From Candidatus Sumerlaeaceae bacterium (GTDB lineage: Bacteria > Sumerlaeota > Sumerlaeia > Sumerlaeales > Sumerlaeaceae), in assembly GCA_049968255.1 (NCBI GenBank), contig JBMFRB010000019.1:1-12402 (forward strand): DNA of 12,402 nt. Direction: 5' to 3'. The translations under genes and the position numbers were made by a program. Of the stretch, positions 1 through 9,172 are shown piece after piece. Position 1 is the stretch's first letter, and the number at the start of each line of letters is the position of its first letter. The notes under the pieces were generated by a model, which did not search any database, was not told the origin of the DNA, and saw only the letters and a program-made list of their open reading frames with translations.

Positions 1-1
1 A

Positions 2-78
<77 letters not shown>

Positions 79-94
79 GCGTCGCATGCGCTAT

Positions 95-140
95 ATATTG
101 CCTCACAGAAGTTTCATTCGCAAACGACCTACGATTTTTT
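95..140 (-). promoter_or_regulatory. Possible sigma70-type promoter for tRNA-Asp
   Basis: Minus strand: A6 tract (140-135, UP-like), TTGCGA (123-118), 17-nt spacer, CAATAT within AT-rich CAATATATA (100-92), then GC-rich GCGCATGCGACGC before the tRNA. The -10 match is weak. Confidence 0.3.
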
Positions 141-178
141 GTCTCTTGGGAGCGCATAATAAGTTAATAATTTAGCTG

Positions 179-210
179 AAAAGCTCAGGCCATTCTTGGC
201 CCAGGAGCTT
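179..210 (-). terminator. Hairpin with short U tract between the two tRNAs (possible weak intrinsic terminator or processing signal)
   Basis: AAGCTC(181-186)/GAGCTT(205-210) and GGCCA(188-192)/TGGCC(197-201) with a 4-nt loop and a small internal loop; the minus-strand 3' side ends in TTTT followed by AT-rich sequence. Confidence 0.35.
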
Positions 211-240
211 CCGCTGCTATCGGCTTCTCCACAAAAAAGA

Positions 241-317
241 TGGTGGGTGGAACAGGATTCGAACCTGTGACCCCCAGCTTGTAAGGCTGGTGCTCTAACC
301 ATCTGAGCTATCCACCC
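241..317 (-). tRNA. tRNA-Val (TAC)
   Basis: Reverse complement reads GGGTGGATAGCTCAGATGGTTAGAGCACCAGCCTTACAAGCTGGGGGTCACAGGTTCGAATCCTGTTCCACCCACCA: acceptor GGGTGGA/TCCACCC, anticodon stem CCAGC/GCTGG with CT-TAC-AA, GTTCGAA T-loop, encoded CCA. Confidence 0.97.
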
Positions 318-322
318 ACGCT

Positions 323-358
323 CTCGGGCGGTTCGAAGCCATTTACAATCCGCCCGAG
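323..358. other. 9-bp GC-rich inverted repeat between rpsR and tRNA-Val
   Basis: CTCGGGCGG (323-331) / CCGCCCGAG (350-358), 18-nt loop, no following U tract on the minus strand. More likely an mRNA 3'-stabilising or processing hairpin than a terminator. Confidence 0.45.
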
Positions 359-377
359 CCTCTCCTTGCTGTCTGAC

Positions 378-716
378 CTAGTCAGCCTTGAACGGCAGCA
401 GAGCAATAATGCGTGCACGCTTGATGGCATGCGTGAGCTGGCGCTGATGTGCAGCGCACGTGCCTGTGATCCGGCGCGGCAAAATTTTTCCGCGCTCGGT
501 GATGAACTTCCGAAGCCGCACCGTGTCCTTGTAGTCTACCCACACCACACCGTCGGCGCAGAATGAACAGACTTTCCGGCGACCAAAGCGACGAGGCGCA
601 GGGGCACGCCGCGTCTGATCTTCTGCAGACGGAGCTGCTGGTTCTGATGCGGCAGTTTCTGCAGATCCCTGTGACTCAGCCACTTCGGAAGGGGTCTGAT
701 TGAGTTCTTCCGACAT
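378..716 (-). CDS. rpsR: 30S ribosomal protein bS18, zinc-binding (C+) type, with an acidic N-terminal extension
   Basis: RRKVCSFC...VDYKD...[42 protein letters not shown]; SD-like AGAGG upstream of the ATG; canonical position after ssb. Confidence 0.98.
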   Translation of the reverse strand: MSEELNQTPSEVAESQGSAETAASEPAAPSAEDQTRRAPAPRRFGRRKVCSFCADGVVWVDYKDTVRLRKFITERGKILPRRITGTCAAHQRQLTHAIKRARIIALLPFKAD

Positions 717-735
717 CTTGGTTCAACCTCTTTTT

Positions 736-1293
736 CTAGAATGGAACATCATCCGCCACATCGGGGGCATCGCCTGGTGAGTCGAAAGCAAGCCCTTCTG
801 TTGGCGATTTGGGACGCCCCTCGCCAGTTTGCCGGGAGGCCGGGAGCGGCGTGGCTACGCGGCTTGCTGGCTGTGCTGATGGTCCGCCGCTCGTTGGCGG
901 CAGCGCATTGTTTTCGTAATCGCCAACAAGCTCCGTAGGCGCGCTCTCGGCTCCGCGACTCGGCACATCGAAAGGCGAAACGCGCTCGGCAACAGCTCTG
1001 ATACGCGTCTGGCGCTGGCCTTCACGGTTTTCCCACGTGTCGGCACGTAAGCGTCCTTCCACATAAACCGGAATGCCTTTCTTCAAGACTTCAGCACAAC
1101 GTTCCGCCAGTTTGCCCCATGCTTCAACGTCAAGAAAGAGAGTTTCGTCTCTCCACTCATTCGTTTTCGGATCGAGAAAGCGCCTGTTGACCGCTACGGA
1201 AAAATTCGTCACAGGCGTTCCACTTTGCAAATAGCGTGTTTCAGGGTCGCGCGTTAGCCGACCCGTTACCATCACTTTGTTAATCGACAACAT
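736..1293 (-). CDS. ssb: Single-stranded DNA-binding protein
   Basis: INKVMVTGRLTRDPETRY, WGKLAE, VYVEGRL OB-fold motifs; Pro/Gly/Ser-rich linker; acidic C-terminal tip DDVPF; SD AGGAG. Confidence 0.98.
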   Translation of the reverse strand: MLSINKVMVTGRLTRDPETRYLQSGTPVTNFSVAVNRRFLDPKTNEWRDETLFLDVEAWGKLAERCAEVLKKGIPVYVEGRLRADTWENREGQRQTRIRAVAERVSPFDVPSRGAESAPTELVGDYENNALPPTSGGPSAQPASRVATPLPASRQTGEGRPKSPTEGLAFDSPGDAPDVADDVPF

Positions 1294-1317
1294 GGGGCAC
1301 TCTCCTACAACGAAGCA

Positions 1318-1692
1318 TTAGGAAGTTGCACCAGCATCGCCTGCTGAGCCAGAAACAACTTCTTCTTTGGCCTTTTTGACCTTTCCTGCTTTTTTGGCCA
1401 AATCGGGCAGTCGAGTCAACATCACTCGCAGGACGCGTTCATCCAAGCCTAAATTCCGCGTGATTTCGGCCAAAGCTGTTTCTGTGAACTGGCCGGAAAA
1501 GGAGACAACGATGTAGTAGGCCTCGACCTTTTTAGCGATCGGATAGGCCGTTCGCTGCCGGCCCCAAACGTCCACGTTGGTCACTTCGCCGCCACGCTTG
1601 GTCACAAGGTCTTTGGCTTTGTCAGTGAGCGCCGCGTAGAGCTCATCCTCGAGATACGGGTCAAAGAGGGCTACGAGTTCGTAGTTAGGCAT
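1318..1692 (-). CDS. rpsF: 30S ribosomal protein bS6
   Basis: MPNYELVALFDP, GGEV..VDVWG....AYPIAK....YY, DERVLRVM; first gene of rpsF-ssb-rpsR; SD GGAGGTG. Confidence 0.97.
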   Translation of the reverse strand: MPNYELVALFDPYLEDELYAALTDKAKDLVTKRGGEVTNVDVWGRQRTAYPIAKKVEAYYIVVSFSGQFTETALAEITRNLGLDERVLRVMLTRLPDLAKKAGKVKKAKEEVVSGSAGDAGATS

Positions 1693-1702
1693 GACGTCAT
1701 GT

Positions 1703-1770
1703 CACCTCCCTTCGGTTTTGCAGCTGTGGGAAGTTTCATCCGGGCGATGAAATCTCACAGCAGGGATGAT
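1703..1770 (-). promoter_or_regulatory. S6:S18-binding ribosomal protein leader (autogenous translational operator)
   Basis: Minus strand: UCCCU(1766-1762) pairs with AGGGA(1711-1707), overlapping the SD; inner hairpin GCUGUG/CACAGC plus UUUCAUC/GAUGAAA; unpaired CCG (1715-1713) just 5' of the SD strand. This matches the known CCR-motif architecture upstream of rpsF. Confidence 0.85.
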
Positions 1771-1847
1771 CCCGCTGTAGGCAGAATCATGTTTTCACGG
1801 TTGCTCTACAGAGCTGTCTTCTCGTTATTCGGCAAACCTGCTCACGC

Positions 1848-3404
1848 CTAACGGCGCGCTGGACGAAATCTGGCTTTTTTCAGCGGGCCACCGACGCGTG
1901 GTACCCCAGCAAGAATCTGGGGAGCATCATCGCTCACCTCGGGCTCTTCGAACAGAAGCATATGGCGTTTGTCGACCTGGCTGCGGAACACAATCCATAG
2001 ACCAAGAAGCGTCCAGAACAAAGCGCCGCTGACGGGTATGTGCAGTGGAAAATTGAAGCAACCATCCACAGCGAATACCCAGAACGACGCATAGAACGTG
2101 GAAGCCATGAGATGCACTCGCGGACGGCGGGCCACTGCTTTTGCACTCTCCCAACCTTGAGTCAGAATGCTGCTCCACAGTGCAACCCAAATGACGAAGC
2201 TGATGAACCCCCCCTCGGTAGCAATCTGCAACCAGTCATTGTGGACGTAGCCGGGCGAAACACCGCGGATCTGTTCCGCGAGGATGAACTGGAAATAAGC
2301 ACCCGACGGTGACGCCTGAAAACGTGCAACATATTCCCAAAAAAGCACATTATAGTTCCCGTACCCGACCCCGAAAAGAAAGTTCTCTCGAAACATTTCG
2401 AATGCGATGAGCCAGTAATAAAGACGAACGCTAATTTGTTTGCTTGCTAACAAGCGCTCTGTGAGATTGAATTGAAACCGCAGAAAAGGGATTGGCACAA
2501 AAAGAATGATCAGCAGAAGGATGATGGCCACCCCCCCTGCAAAAAGAAGCTGCCGGCGAAGGCGCGGCGACATCGCCAAGAGCAAATAGTAAGGCAAGCA
2601 TGCCCCCACAATGCCGAGCCACGGGCCACGTGCGCCGGAGACGACCAGTGCACCAAAGGCCAGAAAGCCTGCGAAAGCACTCGCGTAGCGTTCCCATCGA
2701 AAGTTGCCTTCGAGGGTGAAGTATAGCGTCCAAAAAAGAATTGGCGCGAGATAGGAGGCAAAATAATTCGGGTGACCAAACGTGGAGCTGATCTTCTGCT
2801 TGCCCAGAGCTTCGTCAAATAGCTCTTCGCCGGGCAGTTTATTATAGGGCAGGAACTCGTATCCAGCGCTCTGCGCGAGGGCATAAGCAGAAACAAGGGT
2901 ACTGCCCAAGACAGCAATAAGGATGATGCGCTCGAGCGTGCGCATCGAGAGATCGAGAGTCTGCACCAGGACGAAGAAGGCAAGAAACGATAAGGGAAGC
3001 AGGAAACAACGAAACGAATAGGCTGCGTTTGGTGCAAGAGCCACAGACGTTGCCTGACTGAGAAAGAACAGAATTCCTAGCCAAAAGAGTGAACTCTTGC
3101 TTAGTCGGTGCGGCACAACCAGACCGCGCCATAGAGCATAAGGAACGCCGATGAGAACAGCGCCAAATTCAATGAAAAACGTCTGATTCTCGACGGGCTT
3201 GAGAAGATAATAAGGATCGCCACTTATCCCAATCAGGCTTCGCAGCCGATCCCAAATCGCAGGAATAGCGTACGGCGCGCAAAGGAAGATCGCCATCATG
3301 CCTAACAGGCCAAACCGACTAGCAAGATTGCGATTTAGCAGATTCTTGTAAAACATGATATCGTGAGCGTTCCCGTTGTGATCGCCTTGTTCCTGCGCTT
3401 GCAC
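1848..3404 (-). CDS. O-antigen ligase family (Wzy_C/WaaL/O-OTase-like) polytopic membrane protein; start uncertain (GTG 3404 or ATG 3356)
   Basis: Many hydrophobic segments; STFGHPNYFASYL, SGARGPWLG, R.YYW..A.EMFRENFLFGVGYGNY, VHNDWLQIATEGG and FNFPLH motifs typical of the family. Confidence 0.88.
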   Translation of the reverse strand: MQAQEQGDHNGNAHDIMFYKNLLNRNLASRFGLLGMMAIFLCAPYAIPAIWDRLRSLIGISGDPYYLLKPVENQTFFIEFGAVLIGVPYALWRGLVVPHRLSKSSLFWLGILFFLSQATSVALAPNAAYSFRCFLLPLSFLAFFVLVQTLDLSMRTLERIILIAVLGSTLVSAYALAQSAGYEFLPYNKLPGEELFDEALGKQKISSTFGHPNYFASYLAPILFWTLYFTLEGNFRWERYASAFAGFLAFGALVVSGARGPWLGIVGACLPYYLLLAMSPRLRRQLLFAGGVAIILLLIILFVPIPFLRFQFNLTERLLASKQISVRLYYWLIAFEMFRENFLFGVGYGNYNVLFWEYVARFQASPSGAYFQFILAEQIRGVSPGYVHNDWLQIATEGGFISFVIWVALWSSILTQGWESAKAVARRPRVHLMASTFYASFWVFAVDGCFNFPLHIPVSGALFWTLLGLWIVFRSQVDKRHMLLFEEPEVSDDAPQILAGVPRVGGPLKKARFRPARR

Positions 3405-3502
3405 GGTAAGCTACAATGATATATCAACATGACGAGGCAACCAGAAAACAGGCTTTGGCCTAGGCATGTTCCTGCAACTGGTTAGCTCAGACCTGGTCAC
3501 CT

Positions 3503-4486
3503 ATGGCGAGCCACAGCACACTTCAGGCAAAAGAAGAGCTTCGGAAACTAGCAAGAGAGCTCGGGTTTTCGGATGTGCGAATCGCTCGGGCCGGCGTCCC
3601 GCCTGAGTCCATCTCGCGCTATCGAGACTGGTTGGCGCAAAGCTTCCATGGCCAGATGCGCTATATGGCGGAGAGCTTTCCTGTCCGTTCGGACATTGAC
3701 AAGTTTGTGCCTGGGGCGCGCTCGGTCATTGTTTTCCGCGCAGACTATTACCCTCATGAGCAGCCTCAGCAACCCATCGCCGACGGAGCCCGAGTCGCTA
3801 AGTATGCGGTTGGCGTGGATTACCACCTGATTCTGCGCGAGAAATTGACGCACGTCGTCGACTGGCTTGGGGGGCGCTTTCCTGGACATTCATTTCGCAT
3901 TTGTGTAGATTCCGCACCACTTCTCGAGCGCGCGTTTGCCATTGCTGCGGGAATTGGGTTCCTCGGCAAGAATACGATGGTCATAACGCCGCGGAGTGGT
4001 TCGTTCTATTTTCTCGGCAGTGTCGTGACTACAGCTGAGCTCGAGCCGGATCCGCCGCGCGCGGGGACGTGTGGCACGTGTACCCGCTGCATCGACGCAT
4101 GTCCAACTGGCGCAATTGTCGCCCCCTACGTGCTCGATGCGCGGCGATGCATTAGCTACCTGACGATCGAAAAGCGAAGCGAGCTAACGGAGGACGAGAA
4201 GACCCAGCTCGGGAATTGGATTTTCGGCTGCGACATTTGCCAGGATGTTTGTCCCTATAATAAGCAGCCGCCGCTGACGCCGTTTGAGCAATTCCGTAAC
4301 GGCCGAATCGTCAGCGAATATATAAGCCCGCGTGTCTTTCTCGAGCCGAGTAGCCACCGAGCGTTTCGACGGCGCTTCGCGGCTAGTCCGCTTCTTCGTG
4401 CAGGGGCCAAACGTTTGCAAGCGTTGGCCCGCTGGTTTGTGGAGCAACGCGGAGGTGACATGTCAGAAACACATTCGTTGGGCTAA
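3503..4486 (+). CDS. queG: tRNA epoxyqueuosine(34) reductase (cobalamin- and 2x[4Fe-4S]-dependent)
   Basis: WL...[80 protein letters not shown]. Confidence 0.96.
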   Translation: MASHSTLQAKEELRKLARELGFSDVRIARAGVPPESISRYRDWLAQSFHGQMRYMAESFPVRSDIDKFVPGARSVIVFRADYYPHEQPQQPIADGARVAKYAVGVDYHLILREKLTHVVDWLGGRFPGHSFRICVDSAPLLERAFAIAAGIGFLGKNTMVITPRSGSFYFLGSVVTTAELEPDPPRAGTCGTCTRCIDACPTGAIVAPYVLDARRCISYLTIEKRSELTEDEKTQLGNWIFGCDICQDVCPYNKQPPLTPFEQFRNGRIVSEYISPRVFLEPSSHRAFRRRFAASPLLRAGAKRLQALARWFVEQRGGDMSETHSLG

Positions 4487-7400
4487 CGCGTGGGTTCGTA
4501 TCCAAGGTTAGGCGCAAGCCAACGCTCAAGCTCTTCAAGAGGGATGCCTTTGCGCCGCTGATAATCGCGCAGCTGGTCCAGCCCGATTTTTCCTACCGCG
4601 AAATAACGCGCCATGGGATGTGAGAAATATAAACCGCTGACGGAGGCCGGGGGCATCATCGCAAAGCTCTCGGTGAGGTGCACGCCAGTAAACTGTTCGG
4701 CTTGGAGGAGATCAAAGAGCGTTCGCTTCTCGGTATGATCGGGACATGCTGGATAGCCAGCGGCCGGCCGAATGCCACGATAGCGCTCGCGCAGCAGATC
4801 ATCGAGTGGCAACTGTTCATCTTTGGCATACCACTGGCGACGGACGAGGAGATGGAGGTATTCTGCAAGGGCTTCGGCAAGACGATCGGCCAAAGCTTTG
4901 ACCATGATAGCATTATAATCGTCGTGTTCCGCCTCGAAGGCAGCGACAAGTTCCTCAGCGCCATGACCAGCGGTCACGACGAAGCCGCCAATATAGTCGG
5001 CGAGGCCGCTTTTCTTCGGAGCCACGAAATCGGCAAGACAGAGGTAAGGATCGCTGGTTTTCTCGGTCTGCTGCCTTAGGAAATGTAGGATTGCCCGGAC
5101 TTCTCTCCTTTGGTCATCAACGTAGATCTCGATGTCATCTTCAACGGCATTTGCGGGGAAGAACCCGTAAACAGCCCGGGGACGCACAAGCTTGTGGCTG
5201 ACGATGTGCTCGAGTAGGCGCTGCGCGTCCTCGAACAGCTCACGCGCACGGACGCCTGTTTCAGGATGATCGAGAATTTGTGGGAAACGGCCGCGCAGTT
5301 CCCAGGTGTGGAAAAATGGTGACCAGTCAATGTAGGGCACAATGTCATCCAGCGAGATGGCATCGAGACATCGCGTGCCGAGAAATTCTGGCTTAGGTGG
5401 CTCGTATGTATGCCAATCTATCTGGAACTTGCGCTGGCGTGCGGCACTAAGGGGAGCGAGGCTCAGCGCCGACAGGCGCTGCTCGTGCTCGGCGCGCAGG
5501 CGCTCCTGTTCTGCTCGGTAATTGCGGACAAATTCCTCGTGCGTGGAGGGATTGATGAGATTTCCAACGACCCCAACCGCACGGGATGCATCGAGGACGT
5601 GGATGACTGGCCCGCGATAGGCCGGGGCAATCTTCACCGCGGTGTGGACTTTGCTCGTGGTGGCACCGCCAATGAGCAGTGGCACAGTAAAGCCCTCACG
5701 ATCCATCTGGCGGGCAACGTGGATCATTTCTTCCAGCGAAGGTGTGATGAGACCGCTTAGTCCGATCATATCCACGTTGTGCTCGCGAGCCTTTGCGAGT
5801 ATTTCTTCGCTTGGCACCATCACGCCAAGGTCAATGACCTCATAATTGTTGCAGGCCAGGACCACACCGACGATGTTCTTCCCAATGTCGTGGACGTCGC
5901 CTTTTACGGTCGCAATGAGGAACTTGCCCTGCGTCGTCGAGCTCGCCGACTGCTTTTCTGCTTCGAGATAGGGCATAAGCACGGCAACAGCCTTCTTCAT
6001 GACGCGAGCACTCTTCACAACTTGCGGCAGAAACATTTTGCCGGCTGCAAAGAGATCTCCAACGACATTCATCCCTGCCATGAGTGGCCCCTCAATGACG
6101 GCTAATGGCCGACCGTACTTTTTTAGGGCTTCGAGGACATCCGTCTCGACAAACTCATCCGTACCGGCTACCAAAGCGTGCTCTAGACGCTTTTCCACTG
6201 GTGCGTCGCGCCACACGAGCTGCTTTGCTTCTGTTTTCGTCGCATCGCCTTTGACCTTTTCTGCATACGCCATGAGTCGCTCAGTGGCATCGGGACGGCG
6301 ATTGAGAATGACGTCCTCAACAAGCTCGCGCAGCTCTGGTTCGATCTCCTCGTAGATAGCAAGCTGCCCGGCGTTTAGGATCGCCATGTCGAGACCGGCC
6401 CGAATGGCGTGGTAAAGGAACACGCTATGCATGGCCTCGCGGACGACGTTGTTACCTCGGAAGGAAAAGGAAACGTTGCTGATGCCACCGCTCACTTTCG
6501 CATACGGGAGACGCTCCTTTATCTGGCGCACCGACTCGATAAACTCGACTGCATAGTTATTATGCTCTTCGATCCCCGTCGCCACGGTGAGCACATTGGG
6601 ATCAAAAATGATATCCTCGGGCGGGACCCCGCCTCTTTCTGTTAGCAATGTGTAAGCACGTTCGCAAATGGCCAATTTGCGATCGCATGTCACAGCCTGT
6701 CCTTCTTCGTCGAAGGCCATGACCACAAGTGCGGCACCGTAGCGGCGAAATCGGCGCGCAAGTTCAAGAAAATGTTTTTCGCCCTCTTTCAAGCTGATTG
6801 AATTGACAGCGGCCTTTCCCTGCAGGCATTGAAGGGCTGCCTCGATGACGTCGGGGTTGGAGCTGTCCACCATGACGGGTACGCGCGCCACGGCAGGATC
6901 GCTCGCAACGTAGTTGAGAAAAGTGCGCATCGCAGCGACGGCATCGAGCATCCCCTCGTCCATATTGACGTCGATCATGTTGGCGCCGTTGTCCACCTGT
7001 TGGCGCGCGATGGCGAGAGCACCTTCGAAATCCCCCGCCAGAACCGATTTCTTGAACTTGGGCGAACCAGTAATATTTGTGCGCTCGCCGATAACGACGA
7101 GCCCCGTTTCCGGCCGAATGACCAGCGGTTCTAGTCCGCTGAAGGCGGTGAACCTTGGCAAATCGGTGGGACGCTGGCGAGGGCGGTATTGTCGCACCGC
7201 TTCAACAATCGCCGCAATGTGATCGGGAGTGGTGCCGCAGCAGCCGCCAACGATGTTCAACCAGCCGGCTTCGGCAAAACTTGCTATTTCCTGGGCCATC
7301 ATTTCGGGCGTTTCGTCGAAACCGCCGAAAGCATTGGGGAGCCCAGCATTGGGATAGCAAGTGATGTAATGCGGAACCACACCGGCAAGCTCTTCCAAAT

Positions 7401-8175
7401 AGGTACGCATTTGTCGCGCGCCGAGCCCGCAGTTAATCCCGACGCTGAGCAAATCGGCGTGGGCGATAGAAATCCAAAATGCTTCGATTGTTTGCCCCGA
7501 AAGAACACGCTTGCTGCGGTCCGTGATCGTCATCGTTGCGATCACTGGCAGACGCACACCACGTGCCTGGAACTCTTCCTCGATGGCAAAGAGAGCCGCT
7601 TTGAGAACGAGCGTGTCGAATGTCGTTTCGCAGAGCAACAGGTCTACTTTCCCATCAAGGAGCCCTTGGACCTGCTCGCGATAAGCGCGGACGAAATCCG
7701 CGAAGGTCAAATCGCGTCGGCCGGGGTTTTCGGTGTCAGTGGCGATGGACAATGTCCGGTTAGTGGGACCAATTGCGCCGGCCACAAAGTGTTGGCGGTT
7801 GGGGGCTCTCGCCTCAGCCTCAGCGACAGCTTCGCGCGCCAAACGAGCGGCGGCCACGTTGAGTTCATAAGCAAGATCCTGAAGCCCATAGTCTGCCTGG
7901 GAAATGCGATTTGCGCTGAAGGTGTTCGTCTCGATGATGTCGGCTCCGGCCGACAAATACGCAGCATGGATTTCGCGAATGACGTGCGGAGCCGTGAGGC
8001 ACAGTACTTCGTTGTCACCGCGCAGAGGAACGGAATGTTCGTGAAAGCGTTCGCCGCGAAAAGAGGCTTCATCGAGCCGATAACGCTGGATCATAGATCC
8101 CATGGCGCCGTCGAGCACAACAATGCGCTCTTCCAATAACCTTAGTAACTCGCGAGTCTTGTGTGCCGTCACCAA
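4483..8175 (-). CDS. metH: Cobalamin-dependent methionine synthase, full four-module form; start TTG 8175 or GTG 8172
   Basis: [10 protein letters not shown], Zn ligands GINC and GGCCGT, IGERTN pterin-binding domain, [15 protein letters not shown]12 motif [19 protein letters not shown], reactivation domain [16 protein letters not shown]. Confidence 0.98.
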   Translation of the reverse strand: MVTAHKTRELLRLLEERIVVLDGAMGSMIQRYRLDEASFRGERFHEHSVPLRGDNEVLCLTAPHVIREIHAAYLSAGADIIETNTFSANRISQADYGLQDLAYELNVAAARLAREAVAEAEARAPNRQHFVAGAIGPTNRTLSIATDTENPGRRDLTFADFVRAYREQVQGLLDGKVDLLLCETTFDTLVLKAALFAIEEEFQARGVRLPVIATMTITDRSKRVLSGQTIEAFWISIAHADLLSVGINCGLGARQMRTYLEELAGVVPHYITCYPNAGLPNAFGGFDETPEMMAQEIASFAEAGWLNIVGGCCGTTPDHIAAIVEAVRQYRPRQRPTDLPRFTAFSGLEPLVIRPETGLVVIGERTNITGSPKFKKSVLAGDFEGALAIARQQVDNGANMIDVNMDEGMLDAVAAMRTFLNYVASDPAVARVPVMVDSSNPDVIEAALQCLQGKAAVNSISLKEGEKHFLELARRFRRYGAALVVMAFDEEGQAVTCDRKLAICERAYTLLTERGGVPPEDIIFDPNVLTVATGIEEHNNYAVEFIESVRQIKERLPYAKVSGGISNVSFSFRGNNVVREAMHSVFLYHAIRAGLDMAILNAGQLAIYEEIEPELRELVEDVILNRRPDATERLMAYAEKVKGDATKTEAKQLVWRDAPVEKRLEHALVAGTDEFVETDVLEALKKYGRPLAVIEGPLMAGMNVVGDLFAAGKMFLPQVVKSARVMKKAVAVLMPYLEAEKQSASSTTQGKFLIATVKGDVHDIGKNIVGVVLACNNYEVIDLGVMVPSEEILAKAREHNVDMIGLSGLITPSLEEMIHVARQMDREGFTVPLLIGGATTSKVHTAVKIAPAYRGPVIHVLDASRAVGVVGNLINPSTHEEFVRNYRAEQERLRAEHEQRLSALSLAPLSAARQRKFQIDWHTYEPPKPEFLGTRCLDAISLDDIVPYIDWSPFFHTWELRGRFPQILDHPETGVRARELFEDAQRLLEHIVSHKLVRPRAVYGFFPANAVEDDIEIYVDDQRREVRAILHFLRQQTEKTSDPYLCLADFVAPKKSGLADYIGGFVVTAGHGAEELVAAFEAEHDDYNAIMVKALADRLAEALAEYLHLLVRRQWYAKDEQLPLDDLLRERYRGIRPAAGYPACPDHTEKRTLFDLLQAEQFTGVHLTESFAMMPPASVSGLYFSHPMARYFAVGKIGLDQLRDYQRRKGIPLEELERWLAPNLGYEPTR

Positions 8176-8282
8176 CGCAAATCCCCACCGTGTCTCGTCG
8201 TGATCAAATGTAAATGCGATGAGGCTTCGGCCTTATTCACGGCTCGATTCAAACAGAGAGCTCGCGATCGCTAGGAAGCAAA

Positions 8283-9113
8283 TCATTCTGCAACAAAATG
8301 CGGGCGCACGTCGTGCTCGATGATCTTCTTCACCTCATTGAGGACAGCCTTCGCCTCCGCAGCATTTCCGTGCTTCTTCGCTTCAGTCATGCTAGTCACC
8401 GCCGTGCCTAATGCAGTCACTGCCGGCTGAAGCGCCATTTCCACTTTCTCGTTCGACGTGAGAGCAAGTCCGCTTACGGCATCCCAGATTTGTTTTGTGA
8501 ACTGAGGTGCGAAAGCAACGTTGCCTCGCTCCACCACCAGTTCGAGGCGTGCCAACTCATTTTGAATGAGTTTCGTATATTCCCGCGGATTCGTCGCTGT
8601 GAGTCCAGCTGGATTCTTTTCTGCATTTGGGGCCACTGCTGCAAGGGTCGTTTTGATCTCAGCTTCATCGTAACCATCAGCGGAGAGCCGCAGTGTCGCT
8701 GGAACAGGGGGCTTCACTTCATCCGTCAGGAAGGCGACATAATACTGCATCGACGCTATCTGCCCAAAGACAGCGGGAACTGTGCTTGCTCCATCAACGA
8801 CAACGCTTGCACGCACAGATGCCCTCTTATCGCCTGGGAATGTCGGATGTGGGTAAAGGCGTACCTCATTGGGTGGCACGAACACGAGCGAACCTAAAAT
8901 CGCACGTCCATCCGTCGTGCTCTTTTCTTCGATTTTTGGTTTCAGATGTGTCTGCTTCTTCTCTTTCTGCGATTTGGCTTTCTTGGTCACCGCAACCTTC
9001 TCTGTCGAACTTTTCTCCTGCTGGGGCGGCTTCTGCTGGCTACAACCCGCGAAGAGTGCAAAGGCAGTCCCCAACACCAAAATTCGAGACGTCCAGCAAG
9101 ATTTTTTCATCAT
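8283..9113 (-). CDS. Uncharacterised lipoprotein, 276 aa (start revised from 9200 to ATG 9113)
   Basis: SD GGGAGG followed by TCGC-ATG-ATG; signal peptide MMKK...ILVLGTAFAL-FAG|C with lipobox; Lys/Gln/Ser/Thr-rich linker; this start removes the overlap with the upstream gene. Confidence 0.8.
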   Translation of the reverse strand: MMKKSCWTSRILVLGTAFALFAGCSQQKPPQQEKSSTEKVAVTKKAKSQKEKKQTHLKPKIEEKSTTDGRAILGSLVFVPPNEVRLYPHPTFPGDKRASVRASVVVDGASTVPAVFGQIASMQYYVAFLTDEVKPPVPATLRLSADGYDEAEIKTTLAAVAPNAEKNPAGLTATNPREYTKLIQNELARLELVVERGNVAFAPQFTKQIWDAVSGLALTSNEKVEMALQPAVTALGTAVTSMTEAKKHGNAAEAKAVLNEVKKIIEHDVRPHFVAE

Positions 9114-9172
9114 GCGACCTCCCTTCGCTATCGTATAAGCAAATTTACCAAACGACGCACCAAGACCAATCG

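Noticed and set aside
1927-3132. Short alternative-frame ORFs inside the ligase-family gene (similarly inside queG and the glycosyltransferase)
   Set aside because: They overlap well-supported genes and have no recognisable motifs or protein-like composition.
3385-3502. Divergent promoters between the ligase-family gene and queG (TACAAT at 3412; TTGCAC-17-TATCAA)
   Set aside because: Promoters must exist near here, but the -35/-10 pairings are too weak to call specifically.
1698-4462. 12-bp inverted match GGAGGTGACATG (1709-1698 minus; 4451-4462 plus) as possible inversion ends
   Set aside because: A few 12-mer matches are expected by chance in 12 kb, the sequence is simply SD plus ATG, and there is no recombinase.
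7189-8139. 316-aa plus-strand ORF, and the other long ORFs antisense to metH
   Set aside because: They lie wholly opposite a highly conserved gene and show no recognisable motifs; such shadow ORFs arise from codon bias in GC-rich coding sequence.
8176-8282. Possible SAM, SAH or cobalamin riboswitch upstream of metH
   Set aside because: Only 107 nt, and I could not find the conserved cores of SAM-I, SAH or B12-box elements by eye. An Rfam cmscan would settle it.
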